Of a stretch of DNA of 64,000 nucleotides, positions 23,051 through 34,549 are shown piece by piece. The DNA is from Octopus bimaculoides (Eukaryota), in NCBI RefSeq assembly GCF_001194135.2, contig NC_068997.1, positions 4,610,365 through 4,674,364 of the forward strand, written 5' to 3'. A program made the position numbers and the translations under genes. Below the pieces are notes generated by a model. It did not search any database, had not been told where the DNA came from, and saw only the letters and a list, made by a program, of their open reading frames with translations. Positions within the stretch are counted from its first letter, which is position 1. Every line of letters starts with the position of its first letter.

Positions 23051-24592
23051 TTTGTTTAAAAAATCAGATTTCACAAATACCATTTTGTTACAGCAGGTTT
23101 ATATCACTTTTATTTCATTTCAAGAATAATTGTTGCCCTTTCATTTCGCTGCCAAATTTCTGGAAAATGCTACCTTCAGTAATTTCATTCTCAGGATTAT
23201 AAAATGAAACACCACCAAACCATTTTCCAATGTTGTACACAGTGTATGTCTTATGTAAACTTCTGAAATCATAAAGATATATTGTGATTTCTATCTTGAG
23301 ATTATTCATCAGTCTAAGGAAGACATCAGACAGTTTCTGTATAACATATTTAATGCTACATTTGTAGGAGCTTATTGTGATAAAAATATTTCAATCTTGA
23401 TCTGTTTACATCTGATCCTTGCACTAAAAATATGCAACTAGAAAATATCTTATCATTTCTCTTTATGTTTCTGACAAAAGCAAGTGTAATTTAAGACATT
23501 TTAAAAAATATTTGAACAAAAAAAAAGTCTGTAATCTGAGTTGACACTAAAAGCAGGTAGTGAGGTTAAGTTTATTTGCTACAAGTATTGGGAAATGGAG
23601 GGGCAGTGGAGGAGATAACTGGGGGGAGGGGGTAAATGGCAGTAGGGTGAGGGACAACAATAGCATCTTTTTCTCCTCTTTTGTACTTCACCTATTTAGT
23701 TTCATAATATAATGTTTGCTTATTGTTGTATTTAGTTACAACTCTTTAAGTTCTAAGTTCAAATTCCAACATGGTTAACTTTGTCTTTCATGCTTCCAAG
23801 GATGATAAAATAAAGTACCAATAAAATTTTGGAGGATATTACATTGACTACACCCTTCTTGCAATAAGAAGACACCAAGCAACAAATATAACTGATGTTA
23901 CTGATTCATCATTGACAGACTGTGGCCATTCTGGAGCACAGCTTTCAAGGGTTTTACACAATCATATACCCAGTACCTATTAGAGTTCAGGACTTAATTT
24001 ATCAATCTTTGTTGTATCAAATGGCTTAAGTTATCTTTTGACATAAAGGGATGCAACTCAACACACTGCTACACACACATGCATGCACACACACTCACAC
24101 ACACACACACACACAAAGCACACGTGCACACACACACACACAGAGTTGCTGTCAACCAAATTCCACTTTCAAAGTATTAGTCACCCTCAAAGCAGAAGAC
24201 AGAATCACAGTGAGATTGAACCCAGAATCACATGGCTGCAAAGCAAACTTCTTAACCACACAGCTATAGGTTAGAAAGGAATGTTAACTGTTTATTTGGC
24301 TTGAGTTATGTTGGGTTCTTTTCTTTATTGTTGTTGTTTTTGTTTTTGGGGGGGTAATTCTATACATTGTATCATGGTCATGCTGGAGCACCAACCTTCA
24401 AATCAAGACATTTTTGTTGTAGAACTCTGAGTGGGGCTGAAATACTGTATTCTAGTTTAGAATATCAATGTCCTAACCACTGAGCCACAAAAGCATTTAT
24501 CTTTCAAAAAAGAAATGTTTTGGTGGTGATAGTAGTAGTAGTAGTTTAACAACACATAATATTATTTTACAATGTTAATTAACTATATTCAG

Positions 24593-24702
24593 TCAATGTT
24601 AGCACCAGATTAGAAAAAATATTCCTCTATTTTGTAAAATTGCAAGTTTTATCCCAAGATGTAATTACAGGAAGATTGTCAACACAAATACATTTGAAAT
24701 AA
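24593..24702 (+). CDS. Candidate terminal exon (phase 1) of the 21.5-22.2 kb gene
   Basis: Acceptor AACTATATTCAG|; open in phase 1: (F)NVSTRLEKIFLYFVKLQVLSQDVITGRLSTQIHLK*; AATAAA at ~24698, ~24824 and ~24957. Other exons may intervene (e.g. ~23094-23178). Confidence 0.3.
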
Positions 24703-25082
24703 ACTATTCAACATAAACTTTGCTAACACTTTATCCATTCATGATAATGATGATAATGATTAAGAGAACAACAATAATTTTATTACCCAAAATTCAGGTG
24801 TAATTCACAAAAATGTATGTTCAATAAATGACAACTACCTAGAAAAATAAGACATGTCATTATCACATCAGGCTTAAATAGGAATAAAGTAGATGACATT
24901 GGTATCACAGTAAATCAGTTTAAAATAAGATATAGTTAGCATACACATACATTTTAAAATAAACAAGCATTTGCCTCTATATTCTGTACCAAGTCTTCTC
25001 TTCAACTGATGTTTATTTGTTGCATACATAGATGTATTAACTGGATTAATATATATGTATATATATGTAAATATTTACATAT

Positions 25083-25480
25083 ATAGGCACAGGCATGGCT
25101 GTGTAGTAAGAAGCTTGTTTCCCAACCACATGGTTCTTGGTTCAGTCCCACTGTATGGCACCTTGGGCAAGTGTCTTCTACTATAACCTTGGACTGACCA
25201 AAGCCTTGTGAGTGGATTTGGTAGATGGAATCTGAAAGAAGCCTGTCGTGTGTGTGTGTGTCTTTGTGTCTGTGTTTGTCCCCCCACCATCACTTGACAA
25301 CCGATATTGGTGTTGTTACATCTCCTCAACTTAGCGATTCAGCAAAAGAGAATGATAGAATAAGTACTAGGGTTACAAAGACTAGTCCTGGCGTCGATTT
25401 CTTCAACTAAAAAACCCTGTAAGGTAGTGCGTTAGCATAGCCACAGTTAAATAACTGAAACGAGTAAAAGAATAAAAGAA
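25083..25480 (+). mobile_element. SINE family A, near full length
   Basis: GGCACAGGCATGGCTGTGTAGTAAGAAGCTTG head to TAAAAGAA tail. Confidence 0.85.
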
Positions 25481-25592
25481 TATATATATGTGTGTGCATA
25501 TATATTAATGTTTGTTTTTATGTTCAGTTATAATAAAAACAATTTTACATTAATCTGAAGGGTTACTCTATATCATTGTAGAGTACAAATTT

Positions 25593-25718
25593 ATTATTCT
25601 TATACAAGAATGTTGTTGACAGTGACTTCGAAGTTTCAGCCAGTTAAGCCATCATCCGATGATGGTTTAACTGGCTGAAACTTCGAAGTCACAACCAGCA
25701 TTCTGATATAAGAATAAT
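25593..25718. repeat. Palindrome centred on a hammerhead-like core
   Basis: GTGACTTCGAAGTTTCAGCCAGTTAAGCCATCATC-C-GATGATGGTTTAACTGGCTGAAACTTCGAAGTCAC; ~63-bp arms, centre 25657. Confidence 0.9.
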
Positions 25719-25724
25719 CTTTTC

Positions 25725-25920
25725 TACTGTAGGCACAAGGCCAGGAATTTTGGGAGAGGGGTTAAGTTGACTACATCACTCCCAGCATTCAACTGGTACT
25801 TATTCTATTGACTCCAAAAGGATGAATGACAAAACTGGCCTCAGTGAAATTTGAACTCAGAATATAAAGACAGACAGAATGTCACTAAGCATTTTGCCTG
25901 ATGTGCTAACAATTCTGCCA
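25725..25920 (-). mobile_element. SINE family B, decayed
   Basis: Reverse complement of head/body/tail of 29508-29722. Confidence 0.75.
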
Positions 25921-26354
25921 TACATATATGTATAGCAGAATTCATATTTGCATGTGTGTATGCATGCAGGTATGTATAGACTTAACTGTCAACCACAAGT
26001 GAATATTAACTGGTAACTTGTATCCTGCTTTTACTAATTGTTTAAGTATTCGTGCAGTCACAAGTAGATAGTGACATACTCTGGTCTCTCCAACTCACGA
26101 TTCAGTAACACACCCAGGATGTGATGACTGGAAGGATAGTGAGCTCCACCTGTATTAGACTGGTACTTGGTTCCAGGTGAGCAGACAAGAGCGTGCCTTA
26201 TCATTGAAGGACACGATGTGTTGCCTAATCCAGAAATTGAACCAATGACCTTCCAATCATCATCCCAACACACCAAGCCACTAGGCAAGTCATGTATATA
26301 TGTAAACACATACACATAAATACACACATACACACACACACACTTATATATATA

Positions 26355-27400
26355 GAAAGAGAGAGAGCAAGAGAGAGAGAGAGCAAGAGAGAGAGAGAGT
26401 AAGAGAGAGAGAGAGCAAGAGAGTGAGAGCAAGAGAGAGAGAGAGAGAGTAAGAGAGAGAGAGCAAGAGAGAGAGAGCAAGAGAGAGAGAGAGAGAGNNN
26501 NNNNNNNNNNNNNNNNNNNNNNNNNNNNNNNNNNNNNNNNNNNNNNNNNNNNNNNNNNNNNNNNNNNNNNNNNNNNNNNNNNNNNNNNNNNNNNNNNNNN
26601 NNNNNNNNNNNNNNNNNNNNNNNNNNNNNNNNNNNNNNNNNNNNNNNNNNNNNNNNNNNNNNNNNNNNNNNNNNNNNNNNNNNNNNNNNNNNNNNNNNNN
26701 NNNNNNNNNNNNNNNNNNNNNNNNNNNNNNNNNNNNNNNNNNNNNNNNNNNNNNNNNNNNNNNNNNNNNNNNNNNNNNNNNNNNNNNNNNNNNNNNNNNN
26801 NNNNNNNNNNNNNNNNNNNNNNNNNNNNNNNNNNNNNNNNNNNNNNNNNNNNNNNNNNNNNNNNNNNNNNNNNNNNNNNNNNNNNNNNNNNNNNNNNNNN
26901 NNNNNNNNNNNNNNNNNNNNNNNNNNNNNNNNNNNNNNNNNNNNNNNNNNNNNNNNNNNNNNNNNNNNNNNNNNNNNNNNNNNNNNNNNNNNNNNNNNNN
27001 NNNNNNNNNNNNNNNNNNNNNNNNNNNNNNNNNNNNNNNNNNNNNNNNNNNNNNNNNNNNNNNNNNNNNNNNNNNNNNNNNNNNNNNNNNNNNNNNNNNN
27101 NNNNNNNNNNNNNNNNNNNNNNNNNNNNNNNNNNNNNNNNNNNNNNNNNNNNNNNNNNNNNNNNNNNNNNNNNNNNNNNNNNNNNNNNNNNNNNNNNNNN
27201 NNNNNNNNNNNNNNNNNNNNNNNNNNNNNNNNNNNNNNNNNNNNNNNNNNNNNNNNNNNNNNNNNNNNNNGAGAGAGCAAGAGAGAGAGAGAGTAAGAGA
27301 GAGAGAGAAAGAGAGAGAGCAAGAGAGAGAGAGAGAGCAAGAGAGAGAGAGAGCAAGAGAGAGAGAGAGCAAGAGAGAGAGAGAGCAAGAGAGAGAGGAG
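26355..27400. repeat. GA-rich satellite (AGAGAGAGCA-type) spanning assembly gap 26498-27270
   Basis: Direct reading on both sides of the gap. Confidence 0.9.
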
Positions 27401-27709
27401 AGTGAGAGACCTTGTGAATTGTATGTGTATTGGGTTGGTGCCATTCCAGACATAATTAGAACCAGTGCCAGCAAGTGGTAAATTATTCTCTATGTGGGGC
27501 ATGAAGGTGTTGTGGTTGTTGTTGCTGTTCCTGTTTTATGCAAGTCTTTTGTTTCTTTCCCCTTTCTTGATTTCCCTGAGAAGAAGCTTACAATCAGGTA
27601 AAATGATCAACCTTACTCTCCAGTATATGCTCCGTACCCTCGACAACACAAACACACAAAGAAAACAAGGTTCCTTGAATACTGCTTCAACAAATTCTAC
27701 TTCTTTTGC

Positions 27710-27930
27710 TATTACTACCACCAACAATTCCACTACTACTACTACTACTACTATTGTTACTACTTCTGCAATTACTGCTAGTGCCACAACTACTACAACC
27801 AGTGCTACGATTACTACTGTTACTACTTCTACAATTACTACAACTACAGCTGCTACTACTACTACTACCACTACCACTACTGCTGCTACTACTACTATTA
27901 TTACTACCACCACAAGCACTACCACTACTA
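27710..27930. repeat. Degenerate (ACT)n trinucleotide repeat
   Basis: Direct reading; source of the poly-T/poly-L/poly-V ORFs. Confidence 0.9.
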
Positions 27931-28006
27931 TTGCTGAAATTTCTGTTTTAGCTTAATATCAGTCAAACTCTAATAAAACAAACTACCGAGAAGAGATGTT
28001 CTAGTC

Positions 28007-28303
28007 CAGGGGTTTTCAAACTTTTTGACTTGCGGACCCCTTTATATTTCAGGCTTTGCCTTAGGGACCCCCTTATAAACGCTTATGAAATTTATACATA
28101 AATATTTGCTTAAAATAACATATATTTTTACATTTATTTATTTAACAGTATATAACAAACAGGTTTATTGTCAATTAAAAGATTTCAATTAAAAAACATA
28201 TATAAAATCAAATTGCCCATAAAAAGTATTTGCTGTCCACGGACCCCCTGTCTTGTCCTTGCGGACCCCCTGTGGTCCGCGGACCACAGTTTGAAAACCT
28301 CCG
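28007..28303. mobile_element. hAT (Charlie-type) MITE
   Basis: TIRs CAGGGGTTTTCAAACT / AGTTTGAAAACCTCCG; 8-bp TSD TTCTAGTC / TTCTAGTT; subterminal GCGGACCCC motifs. Confidence 0.9.
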
Positions 28304-28708
28304 TTCTAGTTATGTCCATTTTCTTTTTTTCATATCTCAGACTATATTGCCTAATGTGTCCATCAATTCTTAGCATGGTAAAGTGCATTTTGCAGGAATC
28401 TGGTTGCAATTTCTAACAGCTCATTTCACCTCATTGAGACACTTTAATTAGTCTGCTTTGTTTCTGTTGTTCTGAGACAACAAACAGACAAACCATACTG
28501 TTGGTTCATAAATCACTACCATGATCCCTTTCAGATATATCCGTTGTCTACTGGAGATGCTCCAAAAACCAATATAAGAGTTTTTCTCATTGTATCTACT
28601 ACAGTATAGTTTGTTCTAACAGAACATCCATGTTTAAGTGGAGGTAAATATTACCTTTTGGTATTAATACTGCCTTTGTCGTTAATATATATTTTTTAAC
28701 AAACTCAC

Positions 28709-28855
28709 TAGCTAATTGCAATACCAGTGCCTGTCCTGGCAATGTTATTTTATGTCGCTGGTGGGTAGATGAGTTGCTGCTATCTTTAGCAGTTGAGCAT
28801 CCATTACTGACAAAATCAAGGAAGGGTGAAATCACTTGATCTGGTGGTCTTAACA
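28709..28855 (-). CDS. Candidate internal exon (phase 1/1), minus strand
   Basis: Acceptor CTGCTATCTTCAG|, donor GCTA|GTGAGT; one open frame: LRPPDQVISPFLDFVSNGCSTAKDSSNSSTHQRHKITLPGQALVLQLA; no recognisable homology. Confidence 0.4.
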
Positions 28856-29507
28856 CTGAAGATAGCAGGGGTTTATCTCCTTGCTAGTGATATTAACAGG
28901 AGCACATTTTGTACCAAAAACCAATATGAGAATTTTTTTTCATGGTATCTACCACAGTATAGTTTGTCCTGATAGAACATCCATGTTTAAGGGAGGCAAA
29001 TATTACCTCTCAGTTCACTGTACTGTGTCAATGGCCAAAACAGCTGTCAACAGTCTACCAAACTGTAATTTGGTATCAGTGTGGTATACTTCTCTGTTCT
29101 GTGTCCATGACCAAGACACTTAACTGTCAAGAATCCAGTCCACCTAGCAGTAAGAAGGTACCATAGTGTTGTATAATTCGCTGTACTAGGTCTATGTTTT
29201 GCTAAAAATAGCAGCCAAATCATATTACTGTTTTATAACAGACAAGACGTTTTGTATGACAGTCTGGGATATATTATAGCTAGTTAAAAACAGGGCAGGG
29301 TGGTCGCAACTGGGACACCTTTCCTCTTCGAACTTCTGAAAATCTATTCTAGTGCTAAACAGGAACGGCGATAACAACGGCACTAATAACAAAGTTTCTT
29401 GTTGCTATCCTTTGGCCCAAAGTCAATTTTCATAAAAGAGATCTATGTTCAAAGACTTTCCAGTCACGACCATCCCATTTTTATTTTTAGACAATAATAT
29501 TTTAATG

Positions 29508-29722
29508 CAAGGCGGCGAGCTGGCAGAAACGTTAGCACGCCGGGCAAAATGCTTAGCAATATTTCGTCTGTCTTTACGTTCTGAGTTCAAATTGCGCCGA
29601 GGTCGACTTTGCCTTTCATCCTTTCGGGGGCGATAAATTAAGTAGCAGTTGCGTACTGGGTCGATCTAATCGACTGGCCCTCTCCCGCAAAATTTCGGGC
29701 CTTGTGCCTAGAGTAGAAAAGA
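29508..29722 (+). mobile_element. SINE family B, intact young copy
   Basis: AAGGCGGCGAGCTGGCAGAAACGTTAGCACGCCGGGC..GTTCTGAGTTCAAATTGCGCCGAGGTCGAC..GGGCCTTGTGCCTAGAGTAGAAAAGAAT; followed by an older copy at ~29730-29915. Confidence 0.9.
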
Positions 29723-30104
29723 ATCGTTACCACGCCCGTAAAATGGTTAGCAACATTTCTTTCGACTTTACGTTCTCAGTTCAAATATCGCCGATGTCGA
29801 TTTGCCTTTCATCCTTTCCAGGTTGATAAAATAAGTACCAGCTGAACACTGGGATCGATGTAATCAACTTACACCCTCCCCTGAAATAGCTGGCATTGTG
29901 CCAAAATCTGAAACTAATATACATATGTTTAAATTATATTACATTCAGTTTATCCTTCTTTTTTTTTTCGAAAGCGGGGTGGCATTTGAGAAATATTTAG
30001 CTATTACTTCTTGCAGATTAAAAGACCACATAGTAGACTTTTGTTACTTCTGGGGGTGGGGTGGAAGGAGAAGTGATGATTTTATGTTTATGTAAAGAAT
30101 TTAC

Positions 30105-30175
30105 TGTTCTCACGAATATCTATTGCGCAATCTTCGTCCAAACATCAAAAGACATTCCGCCATCTGTTTGTCTGT
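30105..30175 (-). promoter_or_regulatory. YY1-type motif (AGATGGCGGAA) and candidate first exon, minus strand
   Basis: Plus-strand TTCCGCCATCT around 30155-30165; ATG at 30163 reads MAECLLMFGRRLRNRY; donors TTC|GTGAGA (30114) and AACA|GTAAAT (30105); locally CpG-rich. Confidence 0.35.
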
Positions 30176-32036
30176 CTACAAAAGTTAGCACCAAATATAT
30201 ATTTAGTTTAGTGTCGACCTTTATTTTATTTTATGGATTCCTTCATTTATTTGTCCATAAATTTTCTCAGCGGGAGATTTTTGTCTTCTGCTTTTTTTTT
30301 TTTTTTTTTTTTTTTTTCACTTCAATACCGTCATTATTGAAAATATATTATTCATGAAAGCATCGTGTCCGGAGAGTTTGCTTGCCCTATAGCAGACAAT
30401 TATCAGGTCGAGCGATGGCTAAATTATGTGAATAAACTTATGAATATTTCAAACAGGAAGCTGTGTTAACTGTTTCATAATATTTTCATCACTTTTGTTC
30501 CGATTATTTTTATTCTTCTTTCGTTTGTGTTTCCTTTTATTTTTCTTCTAGTATATTTGCCTCAAACTATAATAGTAGCTCATCATGGCCGCATTTCTAC
30601 ACTTTCCTTTTATGAGATGTTTTTCCTTGTTTTTTACGATAGTTTGTGATTTTGTTGTCTTTCTTCTACAATAGATATGTTAAATAATGAACAAAGTCGC
30701 CAGTAACAATGAAAACATCTAGAAAAATATGAATGGCGATAAAGAAGAGAGAAGACGAGAGATTGAGAGAATGATGACCAAAATGATTCTCAACGTATTT
30801 GACTAATATTGTGTCTTCGATAGAGAAATCGATTTTTTTTCTGGCTTCCTCAACATTTTCAGATATGAAAATAAAAAGTAAAATGACGAAATGGATATAT
30901 GTATGTATACGTATGCATGTATGTAATACATAAATACGTAATATATATATATATATAATGGGTTGTCAGATAATTTGTTTCCGATATTATTTGAATTAAC
31001 ACGAAAAATAGTTTTATCTTAGTGTTTCATTGGGAGTTTTTTGTAGCACTATTCTTCCTCTACAACTTTTGTTTATCGTTGGAGTTTGAATAAATTTTAC
31101 CTCGTTTCAGCTATAAGACGATTGTGTGTCAAAGAGAGGAAAGAACGAACGTTTCAGAGACCTGCTTCTCTTCGTTCGCAACGTCTTTAATCAAGGTTTC
31201 AAAGCTGCTCAATGCATTTGAAATGGTTTTCGTGCTTAAAAGAGGAGAAATTCGAACTCACAAACTTCTCGTGTTCCAACTAACATGTTCAGTCCAAAGA
31301 CTATTTGATTGAAGTAACTCATGTACGAAGATCCGCGCAAATCAACAAGCGGATTAGTCTAGTGGATAGGATGCTTTCATGATACTGTCGCCTGTCACTT
31401 TCACTTGATGTGTAAGTTTCCAAAAACATGGCGCATAGGTGTCATACGCTTTGAATGAAAAAGACAAACTCCAGCGCTCCTCGACACCAGACTTCTTGTG
31501 GATACAAACAGATTTCTTCACTGTATCGTCACTTGTGATGAAAAATTGGTGTCATTACGTCAATATAAAACAGAAAAAAGAATGGCTAAGTCCCGACAAG
31601 CAAGCAACACTACAAACCAAGCTAGAACTCCATCCACACAAGACACTGGTCTGCGTTAGGTGGGATAGGAAAGAGTTCAGCTATTACGGAATGCTTGAAA
31701 ATAATCACACGATCAATGCAAAGTTTTGCCGGCTCAGTAAGACAATCCAACTGAAACGACACGACTAGCGACACGGCATGCTTCTTTAATACAATGTCCC
31801 CACCCCCAATCACTAATTTGTCAAAAATTGCTATTCAAGAGCTCCGTTGGGAAGTTTTGCCACATCCACGGTTTTCTCTTGAAACAGTGTTTTCAGATTA
31901 TCGGCTTTTTCGAGCGCTCTCCAACAGTCTGCGACGCGTTTTGTTCAACAACGGCATGGAAGTGAAAACGTGACTCGATAAATTCTTCGAGCCCAAACCT
32001 AATAATTTCTACCCTTAACACACAGACAAGCTAGTG

Positions 32037-32452
32037 CAGCGGTTCTCAAATGGGGTCCATGTAAGTCTTATGTGAATCCACACAAGCAAAAAGTAAATTG
32101 GAGATCTACAGTAGTATTTAAGGGTCCATGAAAAAATGTTTCTTTGGGTGTATCTATTGCAAGAAACACAATTTAAGGTAAATTTTCAGATTAACACCCG
32201 CACGATTTTCACTAGGGTGTTAGGGTTAAGGTTAGGGACGGAATTCCCTAACCCTAAAACCCTAACCCTAACCCCCTAGTGAAAATCGTGCAGGTGTTAA
32301 TCTGAAAATTTACCCAAGTTAATGCGTGAGAAGCAAAAAGGAATTTCGAAAGGATCATCTGTAAAGCTAGTTTTTAAACATAGAATGGCTTTAGGGTCCA
32401 CCAGAATAGAACAATTCCAGGGCACAGCACTTAATAGGAAGTGAGTGACAAA
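32037..32452. mobile_element. hAT-like MITE remnant nested in the mariner
   Basis: Left TIR CAGCGGTTCTCAAATGGGGTCC; AAGCTAGTG repeated at 32028-36 and 32453-61 (TSD-like); right TIR not recognisable. Confidence 0.5.
32177..32314. mobile_element. Fold-back MITE with telomere-type repeats in its arms
   Basis: GGTAAATTTTCAGATTAACACCCGCACGATTTTCACTAGGG-TG-TTAGGGTTAAGGTTAGGGA / TCCCTAACCCTAAAACCCTAACCCTAACCCCCTAGTGAAAATCGTGCAGGTGTTAATCTGAAAATTTACC. Confidence 0.85.
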
Positions 32453-32930
32453 AAGCTAGTGGAACGCTGGCAAGAAATCGTGAACGATGAAGGAGAATAT
32501 ATCGACTGATTTGTTAAAATTGTTGATGAAAAGTAAATAGAAAGTAAAAAAGAAACGAACGAATTTATCCGACACCCTAGTATATGTATACTTTTTAGCT
32601 AGAGCGAATTGTTGCTTATCCCCATATTAGCCTTGGTCGAGAACGCCTGTGATCAAAAGTATTCCAGCCATTCGTCTTCATAAATAGTTTATAAAACATT
32701 AAGGGTGAATTGAGGAAGATTTAGCTGGTATTTCTAGCAACTGGAGGCTCCTTTTATAAAATTCTCATCTGAAGTCAATTCATATCACTTGTGCCGCTAC
32801 AAATACGTTTGAAAGGAAATTATGAATATGAAGACAGATAATCTCACTGTCCTCTTCGATTTTGTTCTCTTCAAAAAGACAATCTATATATCAATTTCTT
32901 GTTTATTATATTTTAATATATATGTACAAA

Positions 32931-32942
32931 ATGGCGGCCGTC
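32931..32942 (+). promoter_or_regulatory. YY1-type motif AAAATGGCGGCC
   Basis: Exact match to the AANATGGCGGC consensus in non-repetitive, CpG-bearing sequence; downstream exon not resolved. Confidence 0.45.
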
Positions 32943-33244
32943 TGCAACGTTCGTTGATAAAAAGCTAATGTGTTGTGTTTATATACATTTTACAGCTGAA
33001 ATCAATTTACCGGCGACACTTTGAATACATATATAAAAAAAGAAAAGGGTATTAATACTACATAATCCTGCTTCTATAAAAAGCACTAGATTTATCGACA
33101 TGAAAGAAGAAACCAAGGAGCCACAACCTGTTCTCTCGACCTGTTAAATATAGCAGCCAAATTTCTCTCGACTCACATTTTACTGTTGTGATTCTTTAAT
33201 GGTGTACGATACTGCACTGTGAACCACTGCTGCATCACAAAGGG

Positions 33245-33503
33245 AAGCAGTCCACAACTTTTTGGCACTACGGACCGGGTTCATGCTAGACAATTTTCCC
33301 ACAGAACGGGATCATGCTAGACAATTTTCCCACAGAACTGGGGATCACGCGCATAGCAAAACACAATAAAGTGCATAATATATAATTTAATTATTACATA
33401 TATGAGGCAAAAACCCCCCACTGCAGACGGCGATAGTCAATAAAATACAAGTAAAATTAAAAATTTAATTATTTCGGTGCAACCCGGTGGTTGGGGATGC
33501 CTG
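33245..33503. mobile_element. hAT-Charlie (MER1-like) MITE with internal ~27-bp tandem duplication
   Basis: AAGCAGTCCACAACTTTTTGGCAC..GGACCGG..AGACAATTTTCCCAC (x2) ... GGTTGGGGATGCCTG; TSD-like ACAAAGGG / TCAAAGAG. Confidence 0.65.
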
Positions 33504-34549
33504 TCAAAGAGGGATATCAAGGTGTACAGTAGAGTTTTTTTTTAAATATGATTTAAGGAAGGTCTGTTTCGGTTTACGACCTCAAAATGAAAGTGGAAAT
33601 ATTGGTATTGTTCTGTAATATAAATAGATATGTCGAATAGCTACCAACACCGCCACTTTTCTTTTTTTTTCAAGAATTTTTTTCGGATTTTTATAACGGA
33701 GATTATGTTGAAAAAAGTTTTCCAAACTTTTCATTATCTCACCCACAATTTTTGGTTTTTAATTTATTCAATTTTTTTTTTACTTGTTGGGTTAGTCTAC
33801 GTTTAAAACAGAGATTACGATTTTTTTTTTTTTTTTTTTTNNNNNNNNNNGAAATATCAGTGTCAATTGCTTATGATAACTTTGCCTCTTCCTATTAAAT
33901 ATAAACCTAAAGAATGCTGTTAAAACATGAGTAAATCCATCGATCTTTAAGATTAAAACGAAGCCGAACGTCGAAATCTCCGTAAATTTTCGAACATAAT
34001 CGGCAATAAAAGCTGCACAGTTCATTTTAATGGTTGAACGAGTTATAATGGTGCAGAAAGCAATGAGCAGTGGCGAAATGACAAAATATTTTGCTCAGAC
34101 GTAATTCATCATCACATAAAAATTGCAGATATTGTAAAATTAATGAAATTTCTGGCCTCGTTTGTAATTAACAATACTGAAATGTACAATTAACAAGCCC
34201 CGTAAGTCGCCAGATGGATCCCTGGGTTCTTAGGATGGTGGAATGTTTAGAGCCTTAGACGTTGTCTTGCACTTCTGTCCAACCGAAGTATTCCATATTA
34301 TTGTCCATACTTATGCAGCACAAATTGCCAGATATTTTAACGAACATCTCGTTTTCACTCTGACCTTAAATCGAAAAAACACCGAAAATCCATATTTTGA
34401 TGTTTGAGCATCATGAAAAACTTATTATTCATAAATTTATTATCCATAATATGATTAACAAAAGGTAAGCAGTAGTTTTCATATCTTTTCCAAAATTCTA
34501 AGTTTTAAAACATGTTTTTTTGTTTTTTTTTTTCAGTAACAGTAATTTT

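Larger units (their letters stand above)
30958..32580 (+). mobile_element. Mariner transposon with both TIRs, TA TSDs, decayed transposase and nested insertions
   Basis: TA|ATGGGTTGTCAGATAATTTG ... GAATTTATCCGACACCCTAG|TA; CIVTCDE..WCHYVNIK..KTLVCVRWD..WEVLPHP..SDYRLFRALSN..[insert]..KLVERWQEIVNDEGEYID*. Confidence 0.88.

Noticed and set aside
26058-27502. 376-432 aa ORFs
   Set aside because: Artefacts of a GA-rich satellite and a 773-nt N gap.
27465-27956. Mucin-like Thr-rich 163 aa ORF
   Set aside because: Driven by the (ACT)n repeat, which is open in several frames on both strands; non-ATG start and no splice support.
29508-29600. tRNA gene
   Set aside because: A/B-box-like head belongs to a SINE; no cloverleaf; same for all other SINE heads.
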